Below, piece by piece: positions 61,920 through 64,000 of a stretch of 64,000 bases of DNA. Made by a program: the position numbers and the translations under genes. Each line of letters starts with the position of its first letter. Position 1 is the stretch's first letter. The notes under the pieces were generated by a model that was not told where the DNA came from, did no database searches, and worked only from the letters and a program-made list of their open reading frames with translations. Source of the stretch: Leucoraja ocellata (lineage: Eukaryota); assembly GCA_036785375.1 (NCBI GenBank), contig JAWMAR010001270.1, positions 186,001 to 250,000 on the forward strand, read 5' to 3'.

Positions 61920-64000
61920 GTTCTTTATATATAGTCGGGAAATAACTTTGCAATGTTGAGATATTTCACTATTTTGAGGGTATGAGAGAAGGTCTAGCTC
62001 AACTTGACTGGGGCAGGTTATTTGATGGGGAGGGAACATCGGCCAAGTGGGATGTTTTAAACGTATGCTGTAGAGAGCTCAGGGTGTGTACGTCTCCGTT
62101 AGAGTGAAAGGCAAAGCAGGCAAACGTAAAGAAGCTTGGCTGACGAGGGAAATTGAGACGTTAGTCAAAAACAAGAAGGGTGCATTGGACAGGTAAAGGC
62201 AGTTGGGATAAGTGCATCACTGGAGGAGTTTTGGGAAATAAGGAGCAAACTAAAAAAGGAGATCAGAAGGGCAAAAATTGGCCAGGAGATAGCTCTGGCG
62301 GGTACCATAAAAGACAATCCGAAAAGATTTTGTAAAAACATAAGGGGGCAAAGGATAACCAGAGAGAAAGTGGGACCTCTCAGGAATAAAAGCGGTCACC
62401 TCTGTGTGGAGCTACAGGAGATGGGTAAGGTCCTCAAAGAGTATTTCTCCTCTGCATTTACCAAGGAGAAAACAGTAGGATGGAGGAAATTGGAGCAGTT
62501 ACTGGAAGTGTCATGAGAGCATCGAGGAAGTACTGTCGAGGAAGTACTAAAGGTACTGTCGTGTTTGAAGGTAGTCAAATCTCTGGGGCCTGGTCGGATA
62601 TATCAGAGGACATTGCGGGAAACAAGGGAGGAAATTGCGGAGGCCCTGGATTAAATGTATGTCGTCCTTAAATACAGGAGAGGTGCCAGAGGATTGGTGG
62701 GTGGCAAATGTTGTGCCTCTTTTCAAGAAGGACTGCAGGGAAAATGCTGGGAACTATAGGCTGGAGAGCTTAACATTTGTAGTTGATAAGTTACTGTAGA
62801 GTATTCTGAGGGATAGGTTATACATGCATTTGGATGGGCATGGGCTGATTAGGGACAGTCAGCATGGTTTTGTACGTGGGACGTCGTGTCTCACAATCTG
62901 ATTGATTGTTTTTGAAAACGTGGGCAAAAAGGTTGATGATGGCAGAGGGGTAGATGTTGTGTGCATGGATTTTAATAAGGCATTCGACAAGGTGCCGCAT
63001 GGTTGGCTGTTTTGGAAGGTTAGATCTCGTGGGATCTAAGGAGAGATAGCTGAATGGATAGTAAATTAGCTCCATGGAAGAAAATAGAATGTTAGTGGAA
63101 GATTGCTTCTCAGAATGGAGGCCAGTGACTAGTGGTGTGCCACAGGGTTCGGTGCTGGGCCCGTTACTGTTTGGCATCTACATCAATGATTTGGATGAAA
63201 ACAAACAGGGCAAGATTAGCAAGATTGCTGATGATACAAAAGTTAGTGGTTTTGCAGATAGTGAAGATGGTTATGAACGATTGCAGCAGGAACTGGGTCG
63301 CTTGGCCACGTGGGCAGAGGAATGGTTGATGGAATTTAATACAGAGAAGTTTAAGGTGTTGCATTTTGGGAAGTCGAACAAGGGCATGACCTAAACAGTA
63401 AATGCTAGTGGTGTAGAGCAGAGGGGTCTAGGAGTACAAGTGCATGGTTCCTTGAAGGTCGAATCGCAGGTGGTCAAAACGGCTTTTGGCACTTTGGCCT
63501 TCATCATTCAGAGTATTGAGTATAGACGTTGGTAGGTCATGTTGCAGTGGTATAAGACGTTGCTGAGACCACATTTAGAATATAGTGTTCAGTTCTGGGC
63601 ACCATGTTATAGGAAAGATATTGTCAATCTTGAAATGGTTCAGAAAAGATTTACGATGATGTTGCCAGGTCTAGAGAGTGTGTGGGCTATAGGGAGACGT
63701 TAAGTAGGCTGGGTCTCTATTCCATGGAGCGTTGGAGGATGAGGGGAGATCTTATAGAAGTGTACACAATTATGAGGGGAATAGATCGGGTAGATGCGCA
63801 GATTCTACCCAGAGTAGGGGAATCGAGGACCAGAGGACATAGGTTCAAGGTGAAGGGGAAAAGATTTAATAGGAATCCGAGGGGTAACATTTTCACACAG
63901 AGGGTGGAGGGTGTATGTAACAAGCTGCCAGAGGAGGTTGGGACTATCCCATCGTTTAAGAAACAGTTGGACAGGTACATGGATATGAAATGTTTGGAGG
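61920..64000 (+). mobile_element. CR1 LINE, degenerate
   Basis: TSGVPQGSVLGPLLF and IADDTK RT motifs; runs off the end of the window. Confidence 0.9.

Overview
Eukaryotic (vertebrate) genomic DNA. The repeat content (HE1/V-SINE-like tRNA SINEs, abundant CR1 LINEs, Penelope-like termini) suggests a cartilaginous fish such as a skate or ray; this is inference. The window holds a tandem, recently duplicated cluster of four + strand, intron-containing immunoglobulin-superfamily receptor genes. Each has a 55-bp leader exon, a 306-bp germline-joined VJ-type V exon and a 291-294-bp C1-set exon, all joined in phase 1. Genes 1-3 (starting about 1.2, 27.7 and 42.9 kb) lie in near-identical segmental duplicates. 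Gene 4 (starting about 58.1 kb) is a diverged paralogue with about 52% V-domain identity and is incomplete in this window. The most unusual features are: (i) genes 1-3 each carry two paralogous, symmetric phase-1 transmembrane exons (TM-a plus TM-b or TM-c); (ii) there are two paralogous cytoplasmic terminal exons, one with tyrosines and a PDZ-type end and one without; (iii) the V domain is very compact, with 53 residues between the canonical cysteines; (iv) unit 1 is a deletion-fusion carrying an orphan third TM/tail module; (v) gene 3 is a mosaic of genes 1 and 2. Copy-specific insertions include a young L1-clade element with a twin-priming inversion and a 17-bp TSD, and an L2-type LINE 3' end with a probable non-autonomous partner. 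Many Penelope-type repeats carry minimal hammerhead-ribozyme cores. Exon boundaries were read by eye. Most ORFs in the supplied track are spurious or transposon-derived.
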